From Nitrospirota bacterium (GTDB lineage Bacteria > Nitrospirota > UBA9217), in assembly GCA_963790205.1 (NCBI GenBank), contig CAWBNQ010000011.1, positions 32,001 through 96,000 on the forward strand: a stretch of DNA of 64,000 bases. Direction: 5' to 3'. Both the position numbers and the translations under genes were made by a program. The notes under the pieces are model-generated. The model was not told where the DNA came from and searched no databases. It saw only the letters and a program-made list of their open reading frames with translations. Shown here piece after piece: positions 9,518-19,804 of this stretch (its first letter is position 1; every line of letters starts with the position of its first letter).

Positions 9518-10581
9518 AGATCTCCGGGATCGGCGTGATCTGTTCGCAGGGCCTGGGCGTCGCCGCGTTCGAACAGGCCCTGAAAAGCGGATGGCAGAAA
9601 CCCGGGGAAACCGAGGCCCATTGGCTGGGGGGTGAAAAAGCCCCGGCATATCTCGTCAAATTCGATGCTTTGCCGGATAAGGCGCTGCTCAAAAAAATCC
9701 GGCGTGCCGATGCCTTAAGCAAGATGTCCGCGCTCGCGGCGTCCGATGCCCTGGTCAACAGCGGGATGGAGAACCTCGCCGCAAAAAAACTCGGCATCAT
9801 CGTGGCCACGGCCTTCGGACCCCACGTGACCACCTTCAATTTTCTGGACGACATCCTGGACCACGGCGATGCCGCTGTTTCGCCGACCACGTTTTCCAAC
9901 TCGGTGCATAATGCCGCGGCCTCCTATATCGCCATGTCGTTGAACATCAAGGGCCCGACGCTGACGATCACCCAGTTCAGGTTCTCGTTCCAGTCGGCGC
10001 TGCAGCTGGCGCAGGCCTGGCTTGACCAGGGACGGTGCGACTACGTACTTGCGGGGGCGGTGGACCAGTATGGCGATGTCCTGGGGTACGTCTCCGATCA
10101 TAAACTGACGACGGCGAAGGACGGCAAGATAAAACCTTTTACGTTCAACCCCACCTGCCAGGTCCCGGGCGAGGGCGCCGCTTTCTTTCTGCTAAGCAAC
10201 GAGAGCGAAGGGAATGTGTATTGCTCCGTCAGCGCGGTCCACACCGGCGATGACCCCGGACAGGGGAAACCCGTCGACATCACTATCATCGATGCCGACG
10301 GGATGCTGCCTGACGAGTCCGCCTATCTCGCAGCCCTGTCGAGCGACAGTCCAACTGCGGCCTATTCGCCGCTCTTCGGGAGCATGATGATCGGCAGCGC
10401 CTTCAACGCGGCCGCCGGAGCGCTGATGTTGAAACAGCAAACGCGGTATGCAACTCCGGTGCAGGACAATCCGCATGGTATTCGTCTTCTTACGGAATCA
10501 GGGAACGGTCCCGTGGAGACGATCCGCTGCCTGGGGTTCAACTGTTACGCTCAACGGTCGGTCCTGTATCTGCGAAGATAA
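9514..10581 (+). CDS. Beta-ketoacyl synthase chain-length factor
   Basis: SPTTFSNSVHNAAAS and PGEGAAF; catalytic Cys absent; ATGA overlap with the KS. Confidence 0.85.
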   Translation: MKISGIGVICSQGLGVAAFEQALKSGWQKPGETEAHWLGGEKAPAYLVKFDALPDKALLKKIRRADALSKMSALAASDALVNSGMENLAAKKLGIIVATAFGPHVTTFNFLDDILDHGDAAVSPTTFSNSVHNAAASYIAMSLNIKGPTLTITQFRFSFQSALQLAQAWLDQGRCDYVLAGAVDQYGDVLGYVSDHKLTTAKDGKIKPFTFNPTCQVPGEGAAFFLLSNESEGNVYCSVSAVHTGDDPGQGKPVDITIIDADGMLPDESAYLAALSSDSPTAAYSPLFGSMMIGSAFNAAAGALMLKQQTRYATPVQDNPHGIRLLTESGNGPVETIRCLGFNCYAQRSVLYLRR

Positions 10582-10668
10582 ACGATGGAACGGCATCAGT
10601 CGCTCTTCGCGACCGCGTTCGCCCGATCCCCGTTCGAACCTGTCTGATGCGGACCAGAAGGAAAACGG

Positions 10669-11895
10669 ATGCCAGGAACTAAAAAATATCTGCTGATGCC
10701 CGGCAACAACTCGCTGTCGCACGTGGTCAAATGCCTGGCAGTGGGAGATACGCTGACAACGCGGGGCCATGAGGTGCGCGTGGCCGTGAGCAGGAAACAC
10801 TCTCGGTTCCTCCAGAAACTTTCGATCGAGCACTTTGTCCTGCCTGATATTCAGGAAGTCGATGAGTCCGGATTTCCCTCGGTGGAATGGTTCAGGCAGC
10901 CCCGGCTCATCACCGACTGCATCAACGAAGAAGTACGCCTGCTCAGGTACTACCAGCCGGACCGCGTCCTCGGCGTATTCAGGTTCACGCTCAAATCCTC
11001 GGCCCGGATCGCCGGCGTGCCCTATGATTCCCTGGTCAGCGGGTGTCTGATACCCGATTCCCGGGAGGTCATGGGTTTTGCCGACGAAGAACCGGGCAGA
11101 GAGGTCCAGCGCGTCATTCTCGACGGCTTTTTCCGGTATGCAGGGGCGCGGCTCGACGCCGCGCTGCGCGCCCTCGGCCTGCCGCAGAGCAATGATGATA
11201 TCCGTCATATGTTAAAAGGCGAGCGCACTTTCCTCTGGGACTTTCCGGAGTTCGCGCCGCTGCCGCAGCGTTCGGACCTCATCCACGTGGGGCCGCTCTC
11301 CTGGAACCGCTGGCCTTACGACAGCGTGGACACCGGCCTCCTCGCCCGGGCGGACCGTCCGCTTGCGGTCATGGCCTTCGGCACCTGCACCATATGCCTG
11401 GCCGCGGTAAGGCGGATCATCACGGTCCTCCTTGGCATGGGGTACCGGGTACTGCTCGCGGCAGGCGGACAGCCCGAGCTTTTATCGGTTCTGCCCAACG
11501 ACCCCCGGGTCATCACCTGTGCTTTCGCACCGCTCCACAAGATTTTTCCCCACGCGGCCCTGCTGGTCACTCATGGAGGCCAGATGACGGTCTTCGAGGC
11601 CCTGCAGAACGGGGTTCCCGTGCTCGTCATGCCGTTCCAGCCCGAGCAGGCCCACAACGGCCTCTGCCTCGAACGTCTGGGCTGCGGCAAACGGCTGGTA
11701 TCGGCCGAACCGTTCCAGGGAAACTCCACGGTTTATATGAACGCCCTTGATCGCATGACCGACGACGAGGTCGGAGCCAGGATCAGCAGTCTGGTGCTTC
11801 ATCCGCATATCAAGAGCCGTCTTTCCGAAACGCGGGACATCATCAGGCGCTATGGCGGCGTGGAAGCGCTTGCCGATTCGCTCGAGGATTTTTAG
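10669..11895 (+). CDS. GT-B glycosyltransferase (GT1/MGT-like)
   Basis: SLSHV...RGHEV N-terminus; LVTHGGQMTVFEALQNGVPVLVMPFQPEQ nucleotide-sugar-binding motif. Confidence 0.88.
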   Translation: MPGTKKYLLMPGNNSLSHVVKCLAVGDTLTTRGHEVRVAVSRKHSRFLQKLSIEHFVLPDIQEVDESGFPSVEWFRQPRLITDCINEEVRLLRYYQPDRVLGVFRFTLKSSARIAGVPYDSLVSGCLIPDSREVMGFADEEPGREVQRVILDGFFRYAGARLDAALRALGLPQSNDDIRHMLKGERTFLWDFPEFAPLPQRSDLIHVGPLSWNRWPYDSVDTGLLARADRPLAVMAFGTCTICLAAVRRIITVLLGMGYRVLLAAGGQPELLSVLPNDPRVITCAFAPLHKIFPHAALLVTHGGQMTVFEALQNGVPVLVMPFQPEQAHNGLCLERLGCGKRLVSAEPFQGNSTVYMNALDRMTDDEVGARISSLVLHPHIKSRLSETRDIIRRYGGVEALADSLEDF

Positions 11896-11896
11896 C

Positions 11897-13666
11897 ATGA
11901 CTGCCGGCATTGTTCTGGTGCACGGCTTTTTAGGAGCGCCTGACACTCTTTTCCCGCTGGCCGGAAAACTGGCTGCGCAATACGGTCCGGACGCCGTCAC
12001 CAGCATCTGTCTTCCCGGTCATGGACAGGGCGCTGACCGTGTCCCCCCCTTTGACGCGGCCGCGTTCATTCGGACGGTTGCAGCGGCAATCAAGGCCTGC
12101 GGTCGGGACGGACGGAGCGTGATCGTTCTGGGGCATTCCACGGGCGGGGCCATCGTCCTGGCTGCGCTGGAACAGCTCCACTGTCATCCTGCTTTGCTCA
12201 TTCTTGCGTCGGTGCCGAAGCGGATCGATGCATCCTCGCTCGAACGATGGGGAAGGCACCGGGCGGGAAAGAGAGAGATCCCCTTTATCTCATTGGCGAA
12301 CATGGTCTCGCTGATCAAGGCTGCGGGGTCGAAGCCACGACGCGGATCTTTTCCGGTCCTCCTGATGCAGGGTGCGGAGGACGAACTGGTCCCGCCTCGG
12401 GATGTTCTGCTCTGGGAGCAAGGCGGCTTCGAAGGGCCGCTGCGCACGGTCGTTATCCCCGGGGCGGGGCACGATCTTTTCCAGGGTGCGCAGAGCTCTC
12501 TGGCCATCGACGTTGTTCTGCGCGCGGTCAGGGACCGGACAACTGCTCTTCTGCCGGCCGAAGAAGGAGCGCTCGAAGCCATAACAGCGATCGAGCCTGA
12601 GCTCGTACGGTTCCTGGCGCGCTCGCCGTCAAGCCACCGCCACATCGTCCGCTGTCCGAGCGGCTATTCCGTCAGCGGTCATGCGCCGTCCCTCGCTCCT
12701 GCTGCCGACCTTGAGCCGGTCTTCGCCAATGTCGAAATAACCACCCGCTGCAACCTGCGCTGCACCTACTGCGCGCGAACGGTCTCGGGGATGAAGGGTG
12801 CCGACATGTCCCGGGAGGCGTTTGTCCGTATACTGGGTCTGCTGCCCCACGCTTACCGGATCGCTTTTGTCGGCCTGGGCGAAACGCTCCTGCATCCCCA
12901 CGTCGTAGAATTCGTTGCACTGGCTTCGGCACAGGGACGGAGAACCGCGCTGGTGACGAACGGCATGCTGCTGGACCGCGCTCTGTCCCGGGGGCTTCTG
13001 AACGCCGGGCTTGATTCCATAACCTTCAGCATCGATGGTGCCGATCAGAACATCGCTTCCGAGGTGCGGCCGGGAACGGACCTGGAGCGGGTGATCAATA
13101 ACATAAAAAGCTTCAAGGAATTATCTCAGGCTTCGAGACCTATCGCGACCTCGGTCTTCTCAGCAGTATCCACGAGGACCATTGGGCACCTTGAAGAGCT
13201 GATGGATGTGGTCGCCGGCCTCGGCGTTCACGTGGTGATGCTGACGGACCTCAATTTTAAAGAGAACGTAAAGGATACACTGTGGGACAACGCCGACGAC
13301 CGGATCGCCGGGCTGGTCAGGAACGGGGTGGCACGGGCCTTCAGGCGACAACTGCCCGTGCTGTCGGTGCGCGGATTGGAGGAATTCGGGCTCGCAAAGA
13401 GGTATGAAAAGTACCTGCTCCTGCCGCCTGACTCGCTCTATACCCGTTCCCGCGAGCGCGCCTGGTGCTGTTCGCCGTGGCAGACCGTGCCGATCAGCGT
13501 GACCGGAGACGTGACGCTCTGCGACTGCCAGCCCGGGGTCCTGCTGGGGAACCTGCTTGGCCAGCCGTTTGACGGGATCTGGAACGGAATGGTCATGCAG
13601 GGTCACCGGCAACGTATGCTCAGCCCTGACCCGCCCGAAGCCTGCAGGATCTGCCCGCGGTTCTGA
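11897..13666 (+). CDS. Alpha/beta-hydrolase fused to radical SAM/SPASM-twitch domain
   Basis: VHGFLG, GHSTGG nucleophile elbow, EDELV, GAGHD; then TTRCNLRCTYC and C-terminal CCSPW...LCDC...GNL...CRIC. Confidence 0.85.
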   Translation: MTAGIVLVHGFLGAPDTLFPLAGKLAAQYGPDAVTSICLPGHGQGADRVPPFDAAAFIRTVAAAIKACGRDGRSVIVLGHSTGGAIVLAALEQLHCHPALLILASVPKRIDASSLERWGRHRAGKREIPFISLANMVSLIKAAGSKPRRGSFPVLLMQGAEDELVPPRDVLLWEQGGFEGPLRTVVIPGAGHDLFQGAQSSLAIDVVLRAVRDRTTALLPAEEGALEAITAIEPELVRFLARSPSSHRHIVRCPSGYSVSGHAPSLAPAADLEPVFANVEITTRCNLRCTYCARTVSGMKGADMSREAFVRILGLLPHAYRIAFVGLGETLLHPHVVEFVALASAQGRRTALVTNGMLLDRALSRGLLNAGLDSITFSIDGADQNIASEVRPGTDLERVINNIKSFKELSQASRPIATSVFSAVSTRTIGHLEELMDVVAGLGVHVVMLTDLNFKENVKDTLWDNADDRIAGLVRNGVARAFRRQLPVLSVRGLEEFGLAKRYEKYLLLPPDSLYTRSRERAWCCSPWQTVPISVTGDVTLCDCQPGVLLGNLLGQPFDGIWNGMVMQGHRQRMLSPDPPEACRICPRF

Positions 13667-13698
13667 CAACAGCTCGATGGTTTAAGCCCTGTTTTCTG

Positions 13699-13727
13699 TT
13701 GAATTAATGCAAACCATCAGATATAAT
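13699..13727 (+). promoter_or_regulatory. Sigma-70 promoter for the second BGC sub-operon
   Basis: TTGAAT-17 nt-TATAAT, followed by GC hairpin GCAGCAGG...CCTTGCTGC (about 13758-13783). Confidence 0.6.
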
Positions 13728-13827
13728 TCAGTGCTTTAACCATGATCGAAGCACTCCGCAGCAGGTTTTCGGGGCCTTGCTGCTGCATTCAAAATTAAAT
13801 CATCATGCTCCCTGAGGTAGAGTAGAA

Positions 13828-14076
13828 ATGACGACGACGGTGCAGGAGATTGAACACAAATTGACCGAGCTTGTGGCTTCCCTTACGAACCGCGACTTGG
13901 CGACCATCGGTCCCGACATGCCGTTCCAGGAACTGGGCATCGATTCGCTCGGTTTTGTCGAGATCCTGGTGTTCATTGAAAAGACTTTCAAGCTTCAGCT
14001 GATAGCGTCCGACCTGACGAAAAAGGACTTCGAGACCATCCATACGCTGGCGTCGTTCATCAGCAGATCGCGATAG
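13828..14076 (+). CDS. Acyl carrier protein 2
   Basis: ELGIDSLGFVEIL motif; 82 aa, acidic; GAGGT RBS. Confidence 0.9.
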   Translation: MTTTVQEIEHKLTELVASLTNRDLATIGPDMPFQELGIDSLGFVEILVFIEKTFKLQLIASDLTKKDFETIHTLASFISRSR

Positions 14077-14088
14077 CCGGGAACCACT

Positions 14089-15411
14089 ATGTTACTATCG
14101 AAACGCAAGCGGTATCTCTCGGGTCCTGACTGGGTGATCAATACACTCGATCACCTGATGAAGGCCCGGACCTGCGCCGGGAACATGTCGCAGATCGTGC
14201 TTCTCTTCGATGCTCCTGTTGATGAGCAGGAGGTCCGGACAAGTCTGAACAGGTTCCTCAAACAGTTCCCCGTGCTGGAAGGGAGCGTGACCCGGGACTT
14301 CAAGCTTACGCCCTACTGGGCCATTCCCGTAAAAAGCGGGCGTGATGTCGCGCTTGTTGTTCATCACGTGGACGACGCGTCGTCCTGGCAGGCGCTTAAG
14401 CCCTACCTGGAAAAGAGCGTCAACAAGCCGTTCCGGGACAAAAAGGACCATCTCGCGTTCCAGCTTTTTACCAGCCGGGACCGGGGCGCTCTTTCCATGA
14501 CCTTTGATCACCGCATCTTCGACGCGCGCGGCGCGGAGCTGTTGTTGAACCTCTTTCAGCAGCACCTGAACGGAGTCGATCCGGCGCCCGGGGACATTAC
14601 GTTCGCTTCGTCAATGGCCCTCACGCAATGGTCGAAAAAGTTCCTGGCAGGCAGGAACGTGAACCGCCGGATCATCGGGCTTTCGAAGTCAACGCCGGCA
14701 ACCCTGCCGATCCCCGACGGCCTCGGCAGGCGCCACCGGTATCATCGTCTGTCGTTCAGCGAACAGGAAACAGCTTCCCTGTATGGGCGCGCCCACCAGG
14801 AAGCAGGATACCTGATGGAATCGCCGTACCTGCTTGCCGTCATCATACAGAGCATGCACGAGCTGTTCAGGGTCCGGAACCTGGAAGGCAACAGCTACCT
14901 CATCCCCGTTACCCTGGACCTGCGCCCCAACAAGGACCCGCTGCAGGAGACGTTCTTTAACTACGTGTCCTACCTTTTTTATCAGGTCCCGGCGGGCGAG
15001 GTCGCCGATCGCAAGGGGCTCATTGCCCTGTTGAAGCAGCAGATGTACGACCAGGTGAAGTCGGGCTTTCCCAAGGACCTTGCGGAAGCAAGCCTGCTGA
15101 CCCGCATCGCGCCTCTGCCCGCGCTGGGGAAGCTGCTGCATCTTCCGATGAAAGGGAAGATGGCCACGTTCGCGTTCTCCCATCTCGGGAAGAGCTCGTA
15201 CCAGCACCCGCTGTTCATGAGCAGGAAGGTCATGGAACTTTTCCATATGCCGCGCGTTCCCGTGCCGCCGGGGCTCGGGTTCTTCAGCAATTATTACAAC
15301 AGCAGGCTCAGCCTGGTCATCTCCTATCTTGAGGGGCTGCTCTCGGATGAGGATGTGAAGGGCCTTGAAAAGGGGATTCGTGAACGGTTCGGCGCAGGGA
15401 GCGTCGCATGA
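14089..15411 (+). CDS. Stand-alone condensation-domain-like (CoA/ACP-dependent) acyltransferase
   Basis: TFDHRIFDARG (variant of HHxxxDG), IPVTLDLR, about 440 aa. Confidence 0.7.
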   Translation: MLLSKRKRYLSGPDWVINTLDHLMKARTCAGNMSQIVLLFDAPVDEQEVRTSLNRFLKQFPVLEGSVTRDFKLTPYWAIPVKSGRDVALVVHHVDDASSWQALKPYLEKSVNKPFRDKKDHLAFQLFTSRDRGALSMTFDHRIFDARGAELLLNLFQQHLNGVDPAPGDITFASSMALTQWSKKFLAGRNVNRRIIGLSKSTPATLPIPDGLGRRHRYHRLSFSEQETASLYGRAHQEAGYLMESPYLLAVIIQSMHELFRVRNLEGNSYLIPVTLDLRPNKDPLQETFFNYVSYLFYQVPAGEVADRKGLIALLKQQMYDQVKSGFPKDLAEASLLTRIAPLPALGKLLHLPMKGKMATFAFSHLGKSSYQHPLFMSRKVMELFHMPRVPVPPGLGFFSNYYNSRLSLVISYLEGLLSDEDVKGLEKGIRERFGAGSVA

Positions 15412-16616
15412 GCACGCCCTGTGACGTGTTGGTGGTCGGCGCCGGCGTCGCGGGCGCAACAGCTGCCGTTGCAGCGGCGCGGGGCGGCGCCCGCACGATC
15501 CTCGTTGAAAAGGAACAGTACCTCGGCGGGACCGGCTTCGCAGGCAGGTTCCAGTATATCTGCGGACTTTACCTGAGTGCAGATGCGGTTCCGTCGGAAA
15601 CGCTGAATCCCGGCATCACCCGCGAGATCTCGGAACTTTTGTTCAAGGCCTTACCGGGAAAAGACATACGGAAGATCGGTCAGGTATACGGACAGCCTTA
15701 CCAATACGACGACCTGCAGTCCGTTCTCACGTCGCTCTGCTCCGGAGAGAGCAACCTTACAACGCTGCGGGGACACGCCGTAGTAGCGGTCGCGATGGAC
15801 AGAAGCGAGGTAACGACCGTTACGATAGAGGGTTTGCGCGGCAGGCAGGACATTCTGCCCAAGATGGTCGTTGATTGCTCGGGCAGCGGTGAAGCGGCCG
15901 CGCTTGCAGGCGCTTCGTTTGAGCTCACTCCGAAGGAAGAGCGGCAGCTGGCTGGATTTGCGGTCCATGTGAAAGGGCTTAAGCACGTGGATGAGAGCCT
16001 GTGCCTCAAGGTCCCTTATCATCTTGCCCAGGCGGTGAAACAGGGGAAATTCGCGCCCGCGACAAGATTTACGATTTTCAGTCCCGGCGATGTTGCTGAT
16101 GACGGGTATTGCAAGATGAGCATTCTCAGCGCCGACGAAACAACAGGGACAGAAAAAGCCCGAGCAGACGCCGATGCAGTGATCAGATATCTAGCCTCGG
16201 TCCTCCCTGCTTTTGAGGGCGCTTATATTGCCGATACGTCGCTCAAGGTGCTCGAACGCGAAGGCAGGCGGGTCACGGGGGAGTATACGCTTACGAAAGA
16301 AGACGTGCTCAGCGCCCGGAAGTTTCCCGACGGCGTGGTAAAGAACGCCTGGCCCATCGAGCTCTGGGACAGGGCAAAAGGCACGAGCTACCAGTACGTC
16401 CCGCGCGGGGAATATTACGAGATCCCGTTTCGGTGTCTTCTGGTCGGCGGGATAACGAACCTGCTGACCGCGGGCAGGTGCATCTCCGTCACCCATGAGG
16501 CGCTCGGCTCCACGCGGGTGATGGGCACGTGCATGGCCCTGGGCGAACAGGCTGGCAAGGCTGCAGCGTATCGGGTCAGAAGCGGGAACTATCCCGGGAA
16601 TATCAAAGACTACTAA
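15408..16616 (+). CDS. FAD-dependent oxidoreductase (FAD_oxidored family)
   Basis: DVLVVGAGVAGATAAVAAAR, VDCSGSG, YEIPFRCL...NLLTAGRCIS...RVMGTCMALGEQAG. Confidence 0.9.
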   Translation: MSTPCDVLVVGAGVAGATAAVAAARGGARTILVEKEQYLGGTGFAGRFQYICGLYLSADAVPSETLNPGITREISELLFKALPGKDIRKIGQVYGQPYQYDDLQSVLTSLCSGESNLTTLRGHAVVAVAMDRSEVTTVTIEGLRGRQDILPKMVVDCSGSGEAAALAGASFELTPKEERQLAGFAVHVKGLKHVDESLCLKVPYHLAQAVKQGKFAPATRFTIFSPGDVADDGYCKMSILSADETTGTEKARADADAVIRYLASVLPAFEGAYIADTSLKVLEREGRRVTGEYTLTKEDVLSARKFPDGVVKNAWPIELWDRAKGTSYQYVPRGEYYEIPFRCLLVGGITNLLTAGRCISVTHEALGSTRVMGTCMALGEQAGKAAAYRVRSGNYPGNIKDY

Positions 16617-16631
16617 AAAAACGTTACCAAG

Positions 16632-16733
16632 GCAAATTGCAAATTTTAAATTGCAAAATGGGGAATAGCCTTATGCCATAGCATCTCTTTCCTCTATTTT
16701 GAATTTTGCACTTTATACTTTACAATTTGCAAT
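16632..16733. repeat. Heptamer inverted-arm intergenic element
   Basis: GCAAATT GCAAATT TTAAATT GCAAAAT ... ATTTTGA ATTTTGC ACTTTAT ACTTTAC AATTTGC. Confidence 0.75.
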
Positions 16734-16789
16734 CGCACGATTCACGCTACAATGCCAAGTTTTTATGAAAAATAACACAGGAGGTCTTC

Positions 16790-18226
16790 GTGAGAATATT
16801 ACTCGTTAAACCGAACCCGCAGCTTCTGGTAGCAAAGCGCCTGCAGGAGGGGTTTCTGCATCTTGAGCCGCTTGAACTTGAGATGGTCGCTGCCGGCGCG
16901 CCGTCCGAGGACGAGGTCGTGATCCTGGACCTGAGTTTCGAGAAAGACCCGGTCCTGGGCTTTCAGGAGAAGGTCCGCGCCTTTGCTCCGCAGATCGTCG
17001 GCTTCACCGGCTACAGCAGCCAGTCCGGTCTGGTCAAGAGCCTTGCCGCGCTCGTCAAACAGCACGACCCCGCGATCGTGACCATTGTCGGCGGCACGCA
17101 CGCGACGATCATTCCCGCGGATTACACGGTGAACTGCGACAGCCTCGACCTCATCGTGCGCGGCGAAGGCGGCACCGTGTTCGGCGAGATCCTCAGGCGC
17201 TTCAAGAACAAGGAACCGCTGGCGTTCGGCGATGCCGTGCTCTCGCCCAAGGCCGCTGATTTCGCGGAGAAGGCGGCCGGACCGCCGCCGGAGTTCCCTC
17301 CCGTGGACCAGATCCCCCGGGCGCGCCGGGAGCTCGTTGACCGGTCCCGGTATTTCTGCGTCTGGACCTCGAGCACGGAAAAGAAGCTCGACACGATCTT
17401 CCCGCGCACGGCAAGCATGCGCACGTCAACGGGCTGCGCCTACACATGTTCCTTCTGCGTGGTGCACTACCTGATGCGCGGCAAGTATCTCCAGCGCCGG
17501 CCCGAGGACGTGGTGGACGAGATCGCCAAGGTCCCCGAGGACCATATTTACTTTGTCGATGACGAGACCTTTCTGAACAAGGACCGTTTGACCAAGATCG
17601 CGAATCTGCTGATCGAACGCGGGATCAAGAAGAAGTACATCAGCTGGGCCCGCGCCGACACGATCGTGAAATATCCCGAGCTCTTCAGGCTCTGGAAGCA
17701 GGTGGGCCTGAGCGTGGTCTACGTGGGGCTCGAAGCCATGGTCGGGTCACGGCTCGATAAATACAAAAAACGGACAAGCGTCGATACGAACCGCAAGGCC
17801 GTGGAGTTCCTGAAAGAGATCGGGATCACGCTCCATGCGAGCTTCATGGTGGACCCCGACTTCTCGGTCCAGGACTTCAAAGACCTTGAAAAAGAGATCA
17901 TGAAGGTCTGCCCGGCCGAGGTGACCTTCACGGTCTTCTCGCCCTCGCCGGGGACCGATCTCTGGAAACAGCATAAGGACGACTACATCTGCGATCCGTA
18001 CCTGAACTACGACTGCATGCACACGATCCTTCCCACGACGCTGAACATGAACCTGTTCTATGCCCACTTCGCGAAACTGTCGCGGGTCGCCCTTCAGGCG
18101 AACCCGCTCAGGGTGAACAAGGTCAGGGTCCCGTTCCGGGAGACGCTTAAGATCATCTACCTCGGAACGCGGTATATCTTCGCCATGCGGAACATCTACA
18201 AGGACTATTTGCCGAAGAAAACATGA
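16790..18226 (+). CDS. B12-binding domain radical SAM protein
   Basis: EPLELE, IVGGTHAT, GEG, STGCAYTCSFC; GGAGG RBS; GTG start. Confidence 0.9.
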   Translation: MRILLVKPNPQLLVAKRLQEGFLHLEPLELEMVAAGAPSEDEVVILDLSFEKDPVLGFQEKVRAFAPQIVGFTGYSSQSGLVKSLAALVKQHDPAIVTIVGGTHATIIPADYTVNCDSLDLIVRGEGGTVFGEILRRFKNKEPLAFGDAVLSPKAADFAEKAAGPPPEFPPVDQIPRARRELVDRSRYFCVWTSSTEKKLDTIFPRTASMRTSTGCAYTCSFCVVHYLMRGKYLQRRPEDVVDEIAKVPEDHIYFVDDETFLNKDRLTKIANLLIERGIKKKYISWARADTIVKYPELFRLWKQVGLSVVYVGLEAMVGSRLDKYKKRTSVDTNRKAVEFLKEIGITLHASFMVDPDFSVQDFKDLEKEIMKVCPAEVTFTVFSPSPGTDLWKQHKDDYICDPYLNYDCMHTILPTTLNMNLFYAHFAKLSRVALQANPLRVNKVRVPFRETLKIIYLGTRYIFAMRNIYKDYLPKKT

Positions 18227-19650
18227 ATATCGTCTCTGTCATTAAACAGGCAACAGAAAATCATTTAGGGAAGACCGCGGTGATCGAGGGCGCCGACCGC
18301 GTGACCTATGGCCGGCTGCTTACGGCCGCTGAAGAGCTGGCCGATGTCCTGCGCAAGAAGGGTGTCGCGCGGCTCCACCGCGTGGGCCTTCTCTGCGACG
18401 ACAGCATCGATTACGTTATCGTAAGCCTGGCGATCCTGTCCCTCTCCGCCGTCGTTGTTCCCGTGTCCCCGGAGCAGACCACGGAGGAAGCCGAGAAGGT
18501 CATTGACATCATCGATATCGACTTTCTCATCGCCGAGCCGCGGCTGTGGCAGAACGGATACGGCGACGCGCTGCAGTCGAGCGGTCTTGTCAGGAAAGAA
18601 TTTACCATCGTGAAGAGGGTGGTCCGGGAAAAGCCGAAGGCGGAGTATTGCAGGACCAATCCCGCGTTCATCCGGTTCAGCTCCGGCACGACGGGCGCGA
18701 GCAAGGGCGTCGTGCTGTCCCACGAGGCGATCATCGAACGGACCGATGCGGCCGACCGGGGCCTGCAGATAACAGCCCAGGATACGGTGCTCTGGGTCCT
18801 GTCCATGAGCTATCACTTCGTGGTCACGATCCTCCTGTTCCTCCGGCGCGGCGCGGCCATCGTGCTCTGCGGCACGCGGTTCCCGGACACGCTCATCGAA
18901 GGCATCCGGACGCACGCCGGGACGTTCATCTATGCGTCGCCGTTCCATTACAGCCTGCTGTCGCGCGCCGATGCCCTTGGTCGTGATGATCTGAAACACA
19001 TCCGCTGCGCGGTCTCGACGGCAATGAAGCTTCCGGAAGTCGTGGCCGAGGAGTTTTCCGCAAAGTTCGGCATTGAGCTGACCGAGGCGTACGGCATTAT
19101 CGAGGTCGGCCTGCCTTTTGTACGGCTCACCGGCGGCAGAGACAAAAGGGGAACGGTAGGAAAACCCCTGCCCGACTTCGAAGTAAAACTCGACCGGAAA
19201 GACGCCGAGGGCGTGGGGGAGATCCGCATCAAGGGCAAGGGGATGCTCGATGCCTATTATTCTCCCTGGCAGTCGAGAGAGGACAGCCTGTCCGACGGCT
19301 GGTTCAAGACCGGCGATCTCGGCAGAATAGACAAGGACGGTTTCCTGACCATTGTGGGCAGGGAAAAGGACGTTATTAATTTCGTCGGCATGAAGATCTT
19401 TGCCCAGGAAGTGGAGGCGGTGCTCAATCAGCACCCGCAGGTGAAAGAATCCCTCGTATACGGCGCAGCGCATCCCCAGTACGGACAGTTGCCCATGGCA
19501 AAGCTAGTTCTGCGCCAGGAGAACGGCGTGGACGTAAGCGAACTCAGGAAATTCTGCTATCAGCGGCTCGCCCAGTACAAGGTGCCGAAGGATTTCGAGT
19601 TCGTGGACCAGTTGCCCAAAACCGCGAGCGGAAAGATCAAAAGACAGTAA
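18223..19650 (+). CDS. AMP-dependent acyl-CoA/ACP ligase
   Basis: FSSGTTGASKG, YGIIE, KTGDLG, LPKTASGKI. Confidence 0.92.
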   Translation: MNIVSVIKQATENHLGKTAVIEGADRVTYGRLLTAAEELADVLRKKGVARLHRVGLLCDDSIDYVIVSLAILSLSAVVVPVSPEQTTEEAEKVIDIIDIDFLIAEPRLWQNGYGDALQSSGLVRKEFTIVKRVVREKPKAEYCRTNPAFIRFSSGTTGASKGVVLSHEAIIERTDAADRGLQITAQDTVLWVLSMSYHFVVTILLFLRRGAAIVLCGTRFPDTLIEGIRTHAGTFIYASPFHYSLLSRADALGRDDLKHIRCAVSTAMKLPEVVAEEFSAKFGIELTEAYGIIEVGLPFVRLTGGRDKRGTVGKPLPDFEVKLDRKDAEGVGEIRIKGKGMLDAYYSPWQSREDSLSDGWFKTGDLGRIDKDGFLTIVGREKDVINFVGMKIFAQEVEAVLNQHPQVKESLVYGAAHPQYGQLPMAKLVLRQENGVDVSELRKFCYQRLAQYKVPKDFEFVDQLPKTASGKIKRQ

Positions 19651-19662
19651 CCGAAGAAATTT

Positions 19663-19760
19663 TCTCGCAAAGCTCGCCAAGTTCGCTAAGAGAAGCAAGA
19701 CCTTTGGTTTAAAGCCAGGATTTAAAGATTTTCTTTGCGCCCTTTGCGTGCTCCGCGAGA
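19663..19760. repeat. Nonamer inverted-arm intergenic element
   Basis: CTCGCAAAG CTCGCCAAG TTCGCTAAG ... CTTTGCGCC CTTTGCGTG CTCCGCGAG. Confidence 0.75.
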
Positions 19761-19804
19761 GACGCCTTTGTTTTTTGCTTCATCGGTCTTAAGGATATTA
19801 AATA

